Positions 63,669 to 64,000 of a stretch of DNA of 64,000 nucleotides are shown in pieces. The DNA lies in contig JBIJDH010000003.1 of NCBI GenBank assembly GCA_044344255.1, positions 224,001-288,000 of the forward strand, given 5' to 3'. The position numbers and the translations under genes are program-made. Below the pieces are notes generated by a model, which was given only the letters and a program-made list of their open reading frames with translations, had not been told where the DNA came from and did not search any database. The stretch is from Myxococcota bacterium (lineage in GTDB: Bacteria > Myxococcota_A > UBA796 > UBA2385). Each line of letters starts with the position of its first letter. Positions within the stretch are counted from its first letter, which is position 1.

Positions 63669-63976
63669 TGGAACAGGTCGGACTCTTCCCGGTCCTCGCG
63701 GTGAGCGCGGTGATGTTCGTCACTGGCGCGGCCGGCGTGTTGACCCGAAAGAACGCGCTCATCGTCTTGATGAGCGTCGAGCTCATGCTCAACGCCGCAA
63801 ACCTCGCCTTCGTCGCGTTCGCCCGGCATCAGGGTGGCGTGGACGGGCATGTCTTCGCGGTCTTTGTCATGGCCATCGCCGCGGCTGAGGCGGCGGTGGG
63901 GTTGGCACTCGTCATCTTGGTGTTCCGACACAAGGTGTCGGTGAACCTCGAGGACTTCAACATTCTCAAGGGTTGA
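63668..63976 (+). CDS. nuoK: NADH-quinone oxidoreductase subunit K
   Basis: LMSVELMLNAANL, AAAEAAVGLAL. Confidence 0.96.
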   Translation: MEQVGLFPVLAVSAVMFVTGAAGVLTRKNALIVLMSVELMLNAANLAFVAFARHQGGVDGHVFAVFVMAIAAAEAAVGLALVILVFRHKVSVNLEDFNILKG

Positions 63977-64000
63977 GCCTTGTCGCCGTCTCTCATCGCG

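Overview
High-GC bacterial chromosomal DNA, most likely from a Myxococcota-type deltaproteobacterium (MYXO-CTERM-like protein, several Hanks kinases with Pro-rich linkers). The centre (about 11.4-35.7 kb) is a contractile injection system (eCIS-type) locus: Afp15-like AAA+ ATPase, DUF4157 protein, Pvc16/DUF4255 cap, two sheaths, two tubes, a tail-assembly chaperone with an apparent programmed -1 frameshift into a DUF6760-like ORF, a 1509-aa low-complexity protein, Afp7/LysM, a gp27-like hub, gp25, a large baseplate J, a baseplate/tail I protein and a short Afp13-like protein. I find no gp5/VgrG spike, PAAR, long fibre or lysis cassette. The operon ends in a ubiquitin-like + 4TM + C4HC3 zinc-finger gene followed by an AsmA-like gene. 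It is bracketed by two partly paralogous envelope modules (1.6-11.3 kb and 41.4-50.5 kb) built from degenerate FHA domains, an active and an apparently dead lytic transglycosylase, a VWA protein, two membrane Ser/Thr kinases, a pseudokinase with tandem ubiquitin-like domains, and secreted proteins with C-terminal beta-signal-like ends. My best candidate for an undescribed system is this combination, read as a possibly envelope-anchored, kinase/FHA/Ubl-controlled CIS; the functional link is inference. The flanks carry housekeeping or unknown genes (queE, CopZ-like, argE, enoyl-CoA hydratase, FadL-like, TlpA-like, nuoJK). All domain calls are by-eye motif recognition, not database results. No rRNA, tRNA, CRISPR array or transposase was recognised.
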